Below are positions 1 to 9,482 of a stretch of DNA of 64,000 bases, piece after piece. The stretch covers positions 37,484 to 101,483 of the forward strand of contig JANMLN010000020.1 in the NCBI GenBank assembly GCA_031372565.1, given 5' to 3'. The DNA comes from Gemmatimonadota bacterium. GTDB taxonomy: Bacteria; Gemmatimonadota; Gemmatimonadetes; Gemmatimonadales; Gemmatimonadaceae. Positions within the stretch are counted from its first letter, which is position 1. Every line of letters starts with the position of its first letter. The translations under genes and the position numbers were made by a program. Under the pieces are notes generated by a model. It made no database searches and was not told the DNA's origin. It saw only the letters and a program-made list of their open reading frames with translations.

Positions 1-2
1 GC

Positions 3-1091
3 ATGCGCGCCGAGTACACGGAAGAAGAGGCGGCGTGGGCGCGCCTCACCGAGGCTGGTCGAAGCGAGGCCAGCTATGCCGATCTGCTCCTGCGGCTCAA
101 CCGGCTTCCTGAGGCCGAGGCGATGGCTCGTCGCAGCATCGCCAAGCCACCGTACAGTGGGGTTGCCTTCTGGAATCTGGCTGAGGCGCAAGCGGGGCAG
201 GAGCGCTTCGCCGCCTTCGACTCCACCGTCGCGCTCATCCAGGCCAAGCTGCCGGAGAACCCGTACGCGCACTTCATCCCCCTGCACGGGTTGCTCGTGC
301 GGCACATGTACGATAGCGCACAGGCCGTGCTGAGAGCGCCAGCCGTGCAGGGGCTGCCGCTGGCCAAGGAGTTCCAGTGCAGCGTGGATATGGCGCGTGG
401 GCGCCTGCGTGCCGCACAGGCGTGCGGGCAGCGGATGCTCGCATCCAGCATCAGCGAATTCCGGCTCACCGGCGACAGTGCGCGGATCATGCGCGACTAC
501 AGGGCCTTCATGGCCGTGCCCGCGGCCGAGCGACCGGTGGACCAGTATCCGTTCAGCATTGTGGCGCTCTGCGATGTGGGGCGCCTGCGCGATGCGCGCA
601 CGCTGCTCGACGAGTGGCGCACGCGGACCAAGGGCACCGGTCCGACGTTCCGAGCCGACTCGGCCTGGGCCGTCGGGTGCATCGCGGCGGGAGAACAGCG
701 CTGGAACGATGCGGCGCAGGCGTTCCTCGCGTGGGGCAAGGCGCCGCTCTTCTCTGCCTTCCACTTCTACAATCGTGGGCTGCCCGAGGCGGCACTCGCG
801 ATGGAACGACTCGGCAAGCCCGACTCTGCCATCGCGTTGCTCGAGCGGGCGCAGCATTTGCCATCGCTCGCCCTTGGCGCCGCCTATGACCGCACCTGGT
901 ACGCCGCCGCGCTGATGCGGCTCGGCAGCCTGTACGAAGGGCGCGGTGATCGCGTGAAGGCCGCCGACTACTATGCGAAGTACGCGGAGCTCATGAAGGA
1001 CGCCGACCCGGAGCTGCAAGCGAGCGTGAAGGAGGCGCGGGCCAAGGTCGAGGCGATGCGCGGGGAGCCGCGCTCGGGCGCGAAGAAGTAG
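3..1091 (+). CDS. TPR-repeat protein, C-terminal part (truncated at window start; probably the tail of a Ser/Thr kinase-TPR protein)
   Basis: Helical TPR-like repeats. C-terminal motif LGSLYE..GD..KA..YY....ELMKDADPELQ resembles the end of the kinase-TPR at 35410-38562. Confidence 0.75.
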   Translation: MRAEYTEEEAAWARLTEAGRSEASYADLLLRLNRLPEAEAMARRSIAKPPYSGVAFWNLAEAQAGQERFAAFDSTVALIQAKLPENPYAHFIPLHGLLVRHMYDSAQAVLRAPAVQGLPLAKEFQCSVDMARGRLRAAQACGQRMLASSISEFRLTGDSARIMRDYRAFMAVPAAERPVDQYPFSIVALCDVGRLRDARTLLDEWRTRTKGTGPTFRADSAWAVGCIAAGEQRWNDAAQAFLAWGKAPLFSAFHFYNRGLPEAALAMERLGKPDSAIALLERAQHLPSLALGAAYDRTWYAAALMRLGSLYEGRGDRVKAADYYAKYAELMKDADPELQASVKEARAKVEAMRGEPRSGAKK

Positions 1092-1181
1092 CAGGCGCCC
1101 TACAGGCCGAGACCGCGGCTGCGGCGTTGCGGTGTGCGTGCGATCAATGATGCGGGTGACGGGGGCGATCGCTGGTGATGG

Positions 1182-1748
1182 TCAACCGTCACGGTTGATC
1201 GGGTGCCCATGCGGCGCGTCGCGTCTCCATGCCAGCGCTCGCTGCTCTACGTCACGGATGAACGCCGTCTTCCCGTGCGAATAGCACGCCATGTCGTCGT
1301 GGCATTGTTCGATCAAGGACTCCTTCAGCGCGCTGTAGGCGCGTGCGACGTCCGGGTGATGGCACAGGTAGTCCCGAAAGTCGAGGTGGCGCGCGATCTC
1401 GCCAGCTGATGCCGGGGCATACGCATGCACCTGATGCGTGCGCACGCCGGCGGAGTCGTCCATGCGAAAGTACCGACGCCCGCTCAGGCCGAACTCGCCC
1501 ATGACCTCGTAGCCAAGCGCCTCGAAGTGGCGGGTTTGCAGGTCAAGCGCGTGCACGTCCGCGACGACGGCGAGGATGTCAATGACGGGCTTGGCGCGAA
1601 TCCCGGGAATGGCCGTGCTGCCGATATGGTGCAGCGCAACCAGGTGAGCGCCGAAGGCGGGCCGGATGCGCGCCGCCTCGTGCGCAAACGCGTGCTGCCA
1701 CGCGGGATCATGAGCGGCGAGGACGATCCGTTTGCTGGGCAATGGCAT
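1182..1748 (-). CDS. GrpB family protein (nucleotidyltransferase-like)
   Basis: HHIGSTAIPG..AKPVIDI, HLDFRDYL and Y...K motifs typical of GrpB/UPF0157. Confidence 0.9.
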   Translation of the reverse strand: MPLPSKRIVLAAHDPAWQHAFAHEAARIRPAFGAHLVALHHIGSTAIPGIRAKPVIDILAVVADVHALDLQTRHFEALGYEVMGEFGLSGRRYFRMDDSAGVRTHQVHAYAPASAGEIARHLDFRDYLCHHPDVARAYSALKESLIEQCHDDMACYSHGKTAFIRDVEQRALAWRRDAPHGHPINRDG

Positions 1749-1781
1749 CGCGTGCTCCCGGTTGAACTTTGAGGCGCAGGC

Positions 1782-2990
1782 TCAATCCCCGGGGTACAGC
1801 ACCCAGAGGTCCGGGCGCCCCACCGCGCAGTGCACCATGCGCCCCAGCAGGCCGAGCCCCGCCATCGACGCGTACAACGTGAGTCGCGTCTGTTGATGCC
1901 CGCCGCCGAACACGACCGCACGCTGCCGCCGAAGCGCTCGCTCGCGGTTCCCGCGTGATGGCACCGGATGAAAGATGAACTCCACCAATCGCGAGCGCTC
2001 GGGTTCGTCATCCTGCCAGCTGTCGAGCGTGCGCACCGCGGCGATCACGGGCTCGACGCCCAGCTGCTGCGCGGCGAACGCATCGGCCGCGTACACTGCC
2101 GGACGTGTGGCCGCGGGCAGCAGCAGCACCGCCACGAAGCTCCACAGCGTACTGGCCGCCGGCAGCGCGAGCCAGAGCCGCGCGTCGTCCCATCCCCACG
2201 GCAGGAGCGGCGCGAGCAACGCAACGCCCAACGCGGGCCACAGGGCAGCGCGCAGCACTCCGCGTTGCCGTGCGAGGGTGTCGCGCTGTGCAACCCGGCG
2301 CACCAGTTGCACGGCGAGCAGCGCGTGGTGCTGCTCCTCCGTCCACGCCGCCGGCACCCAGACCGTTGGCCCCACAAGCCCGACCCATCCGCCGACGAAC
2401 GCCTCGCTCGCGCCATGGACAACGCGCACGCGCTCAGGAGCGATGCCCGCCGATCGCGCCAGCGCGTGGAGCGATTCGTCCAGCGGACGCACGGTAAGCC
2501 GAGCGCCGACGCGTGCGAGTATCCCCTGCAGCGCGAGCAACGCGACCCCCATACCGAATGCAACCACGACCGCGCCAACCCAACCCAGCGACAGGGACGC
2601 GAACGACAGCGACGCAGCCACGCCTGCAACCACGGCGCCCTGCATCGCAACGCCGCGCAGCCACGCCGCAGCCCAGGCACCAACACCGAGCCGACCGCGC
2701 GACACCGCGAGTCCGCCGAGCGCCTCGACGGGGAGCAGGAGCAGCGCGTGCATGCCGAACACCGCAACGACGAGTGCGGCGCTGCGCACGACGGTTACGA
2801 GCGGTGACGCTGGAGCGAGGAGGGCTGCTGGAAGCGGCGCGAGATTGAATACGAGCAGCAGCAGCCACGCGGCGGACAGGACGACGGTCGCACCGACTCC
2901 GGTGATGCCGAGTCGGAGGCGGCGGCGGGCGAAGGTCGCGTGATCGCGAACGCCGGCCGCAGCGGGATGGGAAATCGCGTGAGATGTCAT
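1782..2990 (-). CDS. Multi-pass membrane protein, M48 (Ste24/HtpX)-like layout without HEXXH
   Basis: Several TM segments; AADAFA and FHPVPS..NR motifs; start placed at MTSHAI. Confidence 0.65.
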   Translation of the reverse strand: MTSHAISHPAAAGVRDHATFARRRLRLGITGVGATVVLSAAWLLLLVFNLAPLPAALLAPASPLVTVVRSAALVVAVFGMHALLLLPVEALGGLAVSRGRLGVGAWAAAWLRGVAMQGAVVAGVAASLSFASLSLGWVGAVVVAFGMGVALLALQGILARVGARLTVRPLDESLHALARSAGIAPERVRVVHGASEAFVGGWVGLVGPTVWVPAAWTEEQHHALLAVQLVRRVAQRDTLARQRGVLRAALWPALGVALLAPLLPWGWDDARLWLALPAASTLWSFVAVLLLPAATRPAVYAADAFAAQQLGVEPVIAAVRTLDSWQDDEPERSRLVEFIFHPVPSRGNRERALRRQRAVVFGGGHQQTRLTLYASMAGLGLLGRMVHCAVGRPDLWVLYPGD

Positions 2991-3048
2991 GGCGCCACGT
3001 GAGTGCGCGGGGCCACGCTTTGGTTCCCGGTGCGCGGTGCCGTTCAGA

Positions 3049-4059
3049 TCACCGGCCCATCTCCGCGAGCGCGAAACGCGCCGCACCAATCAGCGGCGCC
3101 TCGTCCGTCATGATGACGTACACCGGCATGGCCGCGAGCAGGGGGCTGAGCCGGCCCTTGGCAACGAACCGCGACAGGAAGGCGTCGCGGGCGCGCACCT
3201 GCCACGCCGTCGAGGTGCCCGGCGGACCGTACAGGAGGCTGCGTGCGATGCCGCCCCCGAGCCACATGCCCCCGGTTGACATCGTCCGCAGCGCCCAGTT
3301 GCCGGCCTCGGCACCGTACACGCCCAGAAAGAGCAGCACCGCATGCTCCGCGAGCTCGCTGCGGCCACTCAGCGCCGCTGCGGCAATCGTCGCCGGCGCG
3401 TTCCCCTCGGCCAAGGCGGTCGCGAGCCATGCCGCTTCCTCGCCCGGGTTCTGACTCAGGAGGAACTCGTACACGTTCACGAGGCCCGGGCCCGCGAGGA
3501 TCCGTTCGGAGCTCACGCGCCCGAAGCGCCGGGTCAGGAAGCGCAGCAGCTCGATCTCGACGTCGTCAATCGGGGCGAAGTCGGCGTGCCCGCCTTCGCT
3601 GGCGAGCGAGCGCACGGCACCGTCGCCGCGCAGCAGCGCCGACATGCCAAGGCCGCTGCCAGCCGAGATCACCGCGAGGTTGCCGGCCGTGCCCTCACCG
3701 TCCTGGAGCGTCGTTTGCGCGTGCGCGCCGAGCTCCGGTAGCGACCACGCCTGCACCTCGACGTCATTGAGGAGCGACACCTGCGGCAGCCCCAGCAGGT
3801 GCGCGAGGTCGGCCGCCTCGACGGTCCACGGCAGGTTGGTGGTCACCACGCGGTTGCCCATGACCGGACCTGCGACGCCGAATCCCGCCGCCTCGAGCTG
3901 CGGAGCTCCCGATCCCAGGAACGCCAGGACGATCTCGGAGAGCGAGGCGTGCTCTCCGCTGGGATAACGCTCGAGGCGCAGCACACGCCACGCGCTGCCC
4001 GTCTTCTCGAGCAAGGCCACGTTCGTCTTGGTGCCGCCAACGTCACAGGCAAGAATCAT
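3049..4059 (-). CDS. glk: Glucokinase
   Basis: CDVGGTKT, TNLPW, LLNDVE, GSGLG, SEGGHADFAP and VSSERILAGPGL motifs. Confidence 0.93.
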   Translation of the reverse strand: MILACDVGGTKTNVALLEKTGSAWRVLRLERYPSGEHASLSEIVLAFLGSGAPQLEAAGFGVAGPVMGNRVVTTNLPWTVEAADLAHLLGLPQVSLLNDVEVQAWSLPELGAHAQTTLQDGEGTAGNLAVISAGSGLGMSALLRGDGAVRSLASEGGHADFAPIDDVEIELLRFLTRRFGRVSSERILAGPGLVNVYEFLLSQNPGEEAAWLATALAEGNAPATIAAAALSGRSELAEHAVLLFLGVYGAEAGNWALRTMSTGGMWLGGGIARSLLYGPPGTSTAWQVRARDAFLSRFVAKGRLSPLLAAMPVYVIMTDEAPLIGAARFALAEMGR

Positions 4060-4101
4060 GTGATGACCGCGCCATGGGCGCGAGGCAAGAGGGAAGGGAA
4101 T

Positions 4102-5640
4102 TCAGGTCGCGGCGGCCGCGATCGGGGCGCGTCCGGCATCCGCTCCGGCGTGCGTCGAGAACACCAGATGCGGATCATCCACCCGATCCGTGCGCAACAG
4201 CTTCACGTCCGCGTGATAGTGCATCGAGGTGAGCCAGGGCGCGTCGGTGCCCTGACGCGGCAGCGCGTCGAGGGAACGCTTGATGTAGCCCGCTCCGAAA
4301 TCGAGCAGCGGACGCGTCGGCATCGCCGCATCGGTCAGCTCGGCGCGACAGATCGTGAAGCCGCGCGCGTCCATGTGTGCGAGCAATCGGCAGAAGTGCT
4401 CACACAAGAGACCGATCTTGAGCGTCCATGACGAGTTGGTGTAGCCGATGGCGATCGCGAAGTTGGGGACACCGCTCAGCATCATCCCCTTGAACGCGAC
4501 GGTCTCCGCAGGGCGCACGGGGGTGCCGTCCACCGTCAGCGTCATGCCGCCCAGCAGCAGGAGGTTGAGCCCGGTCGCGGTCACGATGATGTCCGCCTCG
4601 AGCTCGCGGCCCGACTTCAGCAGCACTCCCCGCTCCGTGAACGTCTCGACATGGTCCGTCACGACCGAGGCCTTGCCACTCGTGATGACCTTGAACAGAT
4701 CCGAGTCGGGCACCGCGCACAGCCGCTGGTCCCACGGGCCGTACGGCGGGTTGAAGTGCTCGTCAATCGGGAAATCAGGCGGGAGCTGCTTCGCGTTGAT
4801 CCAGCGGATGGCTCGCTTCGCCGCCTGCGGGAAGCGTTGGCAGAACGTCCATACGGCGCGCTGCATCGCGATGTTCTTGCGCCGGATGAGCGCGTGCGCG
4901 CGCTCCTTCGAGAAGAGCCTCTTCGCGAGCGTCGCGACGGGATCGACGGAGGGGGTGGGGAGGATGTAGCTCGGCGTGCGCTGCAGCATCGTCACGTGCG
5001 CCGCCGTTTCCGCCAGGGCGGGCACGAGTGTGACAGCCGTTGCGCCACTGCCGATCACGACGATGCGCTTGCCCGCATGGTCGAGGTGCTCGGGCCAGTG
5101 CTGCGGATGCACGATCGGGCCCGCGAACCGTTCGCGCCCTTCGAAGCGCGGCGTGAACCCCTCGTCGTAGCGGTAATAGCCGCCAGCACAGAAGAGCCAG
5201 CGGCAGGAGAGCGTGGAGCGCTCGCCGGTCTCGGTGTGCTCGATGTCCACGAGCCATCGCGCCTCTGCGGTGGACCACGACGCGCCGTGCACCTTCTGAT
5301 GAAAACGGATCTTGCGGTCGATGCCATGCTCGGCGGCCGTCTCGCGGAGATAGGCGAGAATGTCGCTGGCACCGGCGATCGATTTCTCACTCGTCCACGG
5401 CTTGAACTCGTACCCGAACGTATGAAGATCCGAATCGGAGCGGATGCCGGGGTAGCGGAAGAGGTCCCAGGTGCCGCCCGTCGCACCGCGCGCCTCGACG
5501 ATGGCGTACGTCCGGGACGGGTGCTCGCGCTGCAGGTAGTACGCGGCCCCGATGCCCGACAACCCCGCACCGACGATGAGCACGTCGAGGTGCTCGTCCG
5601 CCGGGGTGGTGCTGTCGTCGAAGGGCGCTCGGAGGTCCAT
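4102..5640 (-). CDS. Flavin-containing (Baeyer-Villiger/EthA-like) monooxygenase
   Basis: [35 protein letters not shown] (BVMO fingerprint-like), GSGATA, PWDQRLC. Confidence 0.9.
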   Translation of the reverse strand: MDLRAPFDDSTTPADEHLDVLIVGAGLSGIGAAYYLQREHPSRTYAIVEARGATGGTWDLFRYPGIRSDSDLHTFGYEFKPWTSEKSIAGASDILAYLRETAAEHGIDRKIRFHQKVHGASWSTAEARWLVDIEHTETGERSTLSCRWLFCAGGYYRYDEGFTPRFEGRERFAGPIVHPQHWPEHLDHAGKRIVVIGSGATAVTLVPALAETAAHVTMLQRTPSYILPTPSVDPVATLAKRLFSKERAHALIRRKNIAMQRAVWTFCQRFPQAAKRAIRWINAKQLPPDFPIDEHFNPPYGPWDQRLCAVPDSDLFKVITSGKASVVTDHVETFTERGVLLKSGRELEADIIVTATGLNLLLLGGMTLTVDGTPVRPAETVAFKGMMLSGVPNFAIAIGYTNSSWTLKIGLLCEHFCRLLAHMDARGFTICRAELTDAAMPTRPLLDFGAGYIKRSLDALPRQGTDAPWLTSMHYHADVKLLRTDRVDDPHLVFSTHAGADAGRAPIAAAAT

Positions 5641-5734
5641 GGCGATCTGTCGGGGAGGTCGACCGCGCACTGCGGATTACCGTTCGCAAGTTACCGACTT
5701 CCACCGGGTGCGACAGCCGCGCGGAGTGTTTCGT

Positions 5735-7324
5735 CTACGTGCGCACGTGCGCCGGCGTGAACCGTCGCGCGACCCACGCCAGCATCGCGTCCACCGTGAG
5801 CGCAAGGACGGCCGCGGGCACCGCGCCGCCGAGTACCAACTGCATGTCGGCCAGCGCGAGACCGGTGATGATCGGTTCTCCCAGTCCGCCGCCACCGACG
5901 AACGCTGCGAGCGTGGCGGTGCCCACGGTGAGCACCGCCGACGTTCGGATGCCTGACAGAATCACCGGCGCGGCGAGCGGCACGCGCGCCCACCAGAGGA
6001 GCTGCCTGCGCGTCGCGCCCATCGCCTCGAGCGACCTGACCGCCTCGGGGTCGGCGGCGCGCACCCCGGCGATCGTGGCCTGCGCGATCGGCAGCAGGCC
6101 ATACGCCCAGAGCGCGAGCAGTGCGGGCGCTGCGCCGATGCCAACAAGTGGCACCAACAGCGCGAGCAGGGCGAGGCCCGGAATCGTCTGCACGCTTCCC
6201 AGCACCAACAACAGCGGATCGGCGAGCGACGGGCGCGCCGCGAGCCAGAGTCCGCCTGGCACCGCGACAAGAATGGCGGCCCCGAGCGCCAGCGCGACGA
6301 GTCCCAGGTGCTCGAGCACGAGCCGTCCCGTCTCGCCGCGACGCTGCCATGCACGCTGCCACCTGGTTGCGCGCACGCTGCCGCTGCTCGTGGCTCGCGA
6401 GGTATCAGCGGGTCCCAGCCCCAGTGCCGCCAGCGCGCTCGCGGCCACGACCGGCACCGCCTCGCCGTCCACCTCGATACGACGGTTCCACTCACGCACC
6501 TGACGTTCGGTGAAGCGGCCACTCAGCTGCACGAGCGCAGCGATCGCACGCGGGTTGGTCGACGCGAGACGAGGCGATACCACCGCCACGGCGTCATACG
6601 GCGGAAAGAACCGACGATCATCCTCGAGGACCACGAGGCCGTAGCGCGCCAGCAGTCCGTCGGTCGCGTACCCGTCAATGATGTCCACCGCGCCCGCGGC
6701 CACCGCCTGGTACTTGAGCGACGCGGCCAGCGGCTTCACCGATGCCATCCGCATGCCGTACGCCGCCGAGACCCCCGGCCAGCCGTCGGCGCGCCCGATG
6801 AAGTCCGAGGTGAAGCCCGCGCGCAACGTTGGCCCCGCCGCAGCCACGTCGGACAGCGTCCGCAGGTGTAGCCGCTCGGCAAGCGCCGGCGCCACTGCAA
6901 TTGCGTACCCATTCTGGAAGCCGAGCGGCGGCAGCCAACTGACGCCATGCAGCCGACGACTCTCACGGGCCACATGCGCGTACGCGAGCCGCGGGTCGCG
7001 GCGCTCCTCGGCCGTCACGGTGTCGTGCAGGATCGCCACGAGCCCCGTGCCCACGTACTCGGGATAGACGTCCACGTCGTTGCGGCGCAGCGCGCCGAAC
7101 ACGAGCTCCGTGGCGCCGAACCCCGGGCGTCGCACCACGGGGACGCCGGCGGCCTCGAGCTGTTGCGCGAACATTTCCGCGAGCAGGTATGACTCGCCGA
7201 ACGGTTTGGACGCCACCACGACGCTCGCCTGCGCCTCGGCCAACGGCGCGACTGCGAGTTGCGCCGAGCCCAGCAGCAGCGCGGTGACGAGCGCGCGTCG
7301 ACCTGCGGTATGCCACATCATCAC
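5735..7324 (-). CDS. OpuBC/ProX-type substrate-binding domain fused to a ProW-type permease (betaine/ergothioneine ABC transporter)
   Basis: Signal peptide, ASKPFGES, YPEYVGT and FFPPY, then TM helices with an EAA-like loop (EAMGAT). GTGA/TGATG overlap with the ATPase stop; start could be 7324 or 7321. Confidence 0.88.
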   Translation of the reverse strand: MMMWHTAGRRALVTALLLGSAQLAVAPLAEAQASVVVASKPFGESYLLAEMFAQQLEAAGVPVVRRPGFGATELVFGALRRNDVDVYPEYVGTGLVAILHDTVTAEERRDPRLAYAHVARESRRLHGVSWLPPLGFQNGYAIAVAPALAERLHLRTLSDVAAAGPTLRAGFTSDFIGRADGWPGVSAAYGMRMASVKPLAASLKYQAVAAGAVDIIDGYATDGLLARYGLVVLEDDRRFFPPYDAVAVVSPRLASTNPRAIAALVQLSGRFTERQVREWNRRIEVDGEAVPVVAASALAALGLGPADTSRATSSGSVRATRWQRAWQRRGETGRLVLEHLGLVALALGAAILVAVPGGLWLAARPSLADPLLLVLGSVQTIPGLALLALLVPLVGIGAAPALLALWAYGLLPIAQATIAGVRAADPEAVRSLEAMGATRRQLLWWARVPLAAPVILSGIRTSAVLTVGTATLAAFVGGGGLGEPIITGLALADMQLVLGGAVPAAVLALTVDAMLAWVARRFTPAHVRT

Positions 7325-8106
7325 GTCACGGTGCCATCGGCGCTCGGCAGTGCGGCCACCGCCGACAGCGCGGCGGTCGCGCTTCGCGCACGCGCGAGCA
7401 GGGCCGCCACGTACGGCGTTGCGGGTGCGCGGAGCAGTTCGGCGACCGGCGCCCACTGTTCGATGCGTCCCGCGCGCATCACGGCCACCGCGTCGGCCAG
7501 CCGCACCGCCTCGACCAGATCGTGCGTGATGAAGGCGGCCGTGAAGCCCAGGTCGCGTCGCAAGGCAGCGAAGGCCTCGTAGAGCTCGTCACGCGCCATC
7601 GCGTCGAGCGCACCGAAGGGCTCGTCGAGGAGCACGACCGCCTGTCCCGCTGCGAGGGCGCGAGCGAGTGATGCACGCTGCCGCTGTCCGCCGGAGAGGG
7701 TGTGTGGCAGCCGGTCCGCGAACGTTGCGGGGGGTAACCCGCAGCGCACCATCATGGCGCGGGCGGCGTCTTCAGCGTCGGCGCGTTCGAGCAAGCGCGG
7801 GACCAGCGCGACGTTGCGGAGGATCGTCCAGTGCGGCAAGAGTCCGCCGTGCTGCGGCACGTAGCCGATGCGACGGCGAAGGGCCACCGGGTCCGCCAGG
7901 CGCACGTCGTCATCCCCCACGCGCAGCTCGCCCGCGTCGGGCGTCACGAGGGCGTTGAAGCAGCGGAGCAGGGTGGACTTGCCCGCGCCGCTCTCGCCAA
8001 CGATCGCGAGCACGCTCCCCGCGGGCGCCTCGACCGATACGTTGTCGAGGGCGACGATGGGACCGATCCGGTGCGAAACACCCGTTGCCGACAGGCGGTA
8101 CGCCAA
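7321..8106 (-). CDS. ABC transporter ATP-binding subunit (OpuBA/ProV-like)
   Basis: GESGAGKST, LSGGQRQR, LLDEPFGALD, ITHD. Confidence 0.92.
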   Translation of the reverse strand: MAYRLSATGVSHRIGPIVALDNVSVEAPAGSVLAIVGESGAGKSTLLRCFNALVTPDAGELRVGDDDVRLADPVALRRRIGYVPQHGGLLPHWTILRNVALVPRLLERADAEDAARAMMVRCGLPPATFADRLPHTLSGGQRQRASLARALAAGQAVVLLDEPFGALDAMARDELYEAFAALRRDLGFTAAFITHDLVEAVRLADAVAVMRAGRIEQWAPVAELLRAPATPYVAALLARARSATAALSAVAALPSADGTVT

Positions 8107-8204
8107 GCAATCCTCCGTGTCTGGACGTCGCCCGCTGTGCCCGTGGCCCGAGCGGCGCGTGCTGACGGGAACTATCCGGCCGTTTCAAACATACTGTTCG
8201 CGTC

Positions 8205-9482
8205 ATGACGATGTCCCCACTGACCGCGGTGGTTCCTGAGCGCGACTCCGCTGCGGCGGTCGTGCGTTTTCGTGCCGTGCGCGCCGCAACCGAGCGGCTG
8301 GCTGCGCCGCTGGAAACCGAGGATTACGTCGTCAGCAGCATGAGCGACGTGAGCCCGGCCAAGTGGCACCTCGCGCATACGACCTGGTTCTTCGAGACCT
8401 TCGTGCTTGCCCCGCACCTGGAGGGCTACACGCCGCGCGATCCCAAGTACGCCTTCCTGTTCAACTCGTACTACGTGCAGGCGGGAGAGCGCCACTGCCG
8501 CGCACAGCGCGGGCTCGTGACGCGCCCCACGGTGCGCGAGGTGTTTGCCTACCGTGCGCACGTGGACGAGGCCATGGACACGCTCTTCGCGCAGCTCGCC
8601 CACGACGCGGACCATCCTGCGTGGACGGTCATCGACCTCGGGACGCACCACGAACAGCAACATCAGGAGCTGTTCGTCACCGACATCAAGCACGTCTTCT
8701 GGACCAATCCGGTGCACCCCGCCTATTACGCGGTGGTGCCCGGGCGAGTGAACGCCGTGCCGCAGTCCTGGCTCACCGTCCCCGAGGGGCTCGCCGAGAT
8801 CGGGTTCGCCGGGTCCGGCTTCCACTTCGACAACGAAGCGCCCCGCCATCGCACCTGGCTCTCTGGCGCGCGCGTGGCGCACCGCCTCGTGACCAACGGC
8901 GAGTTCGCCGAGTTCGTGAGCGATGGTGGCTATCGCAAACCGGCGCTCTGGTTGAGCGCGGGTTTTGCCGCGGCACAGGAGCGCGCGTGGCATGCACCGC
9001 TCTACTGGCAGCGCGTGGAGGATGCCTGGGTCGAATTCACGCTCGCCGGTGACCAGCCGCTTGATCCCGACGCGCCCGTCACGCATGTCAGCTTTTATGA
9101 AGCTGATGCCTTCGCGCGCTGGGCAGGCGCGCGGCTTCCCACCGAAGCAGAATGGGAAGTGGCAGCCCGCGACCAGCCGGTGACCGGCCGTTTTGCCGAT
9201 GCGGGCCTGTTGCACCCCGGCGCCAACGCTGCACCCGGACCACAGCAGTTCTACGGCGATGCGTGGCAGTGGACGCAGAGCGCGTACCTGCCGTATCCCG
9301 GCTTTACGGCAGCCGAGGGTGCACTCGGAGAGTACAACGGCAAGTTCATGAGCGACCAGTGGGTACTCCGGGGCGCCTCGTGCGCCACCCCCGCGAGTCA
9401 TGCGCGACACACCTACCGCAACTTCTTTCCCAGCGATGCCCGGTGGCAGTTCTCCGGCATCCGTCTCGCGACTGACCCATGA
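8205..9482 (+). CDS. egtB: Ergothioneine biosynthesis sulfoxide synthase EgtB
   Basis: SPAKWHLAHTTWFFETF, HHEQQHQEL iron ligands, FGE-sulfatase domain, GEYNGKFM, YRNFF. Confidence 0.95.
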   Translation: MTMSPLTAVVPERDSAAAVVRFRAVRAATERLAAPLETEDYVVSSMSDVSPAKWHLAHTTWFFETFVLAPHLEGYTPRDPKYAFLFNSYYVQAGERHCRAQRGLVTRPTVREVFAYRAHVDEAMDTLFAQLAHDADHPAWTVIDLGTHHEQQHQELFVTDIKHVFWTNPVHPAYYAVVPGRVNAVPQSWLTVPEGLAEIGFAGSGFHFDNEAPRHRTWLSGARVAHRLVTNGEFAEFVSDGGYRKPALWLSAGFAAAQERAWHAPLYWQRVEDAWVEFTLAGDQPLDPDAPVTHVSFYEADAFARWAGARLPTEAEWEVAARDQPVTGRFADAGLLHPGANAAPGPQQFYGDAWQWTQSAYLPYPGFTAAEGALGEYNGKFMSDQWVLRGASCATPASHARHTYRNFFPSDARWQFSGIRLATDP

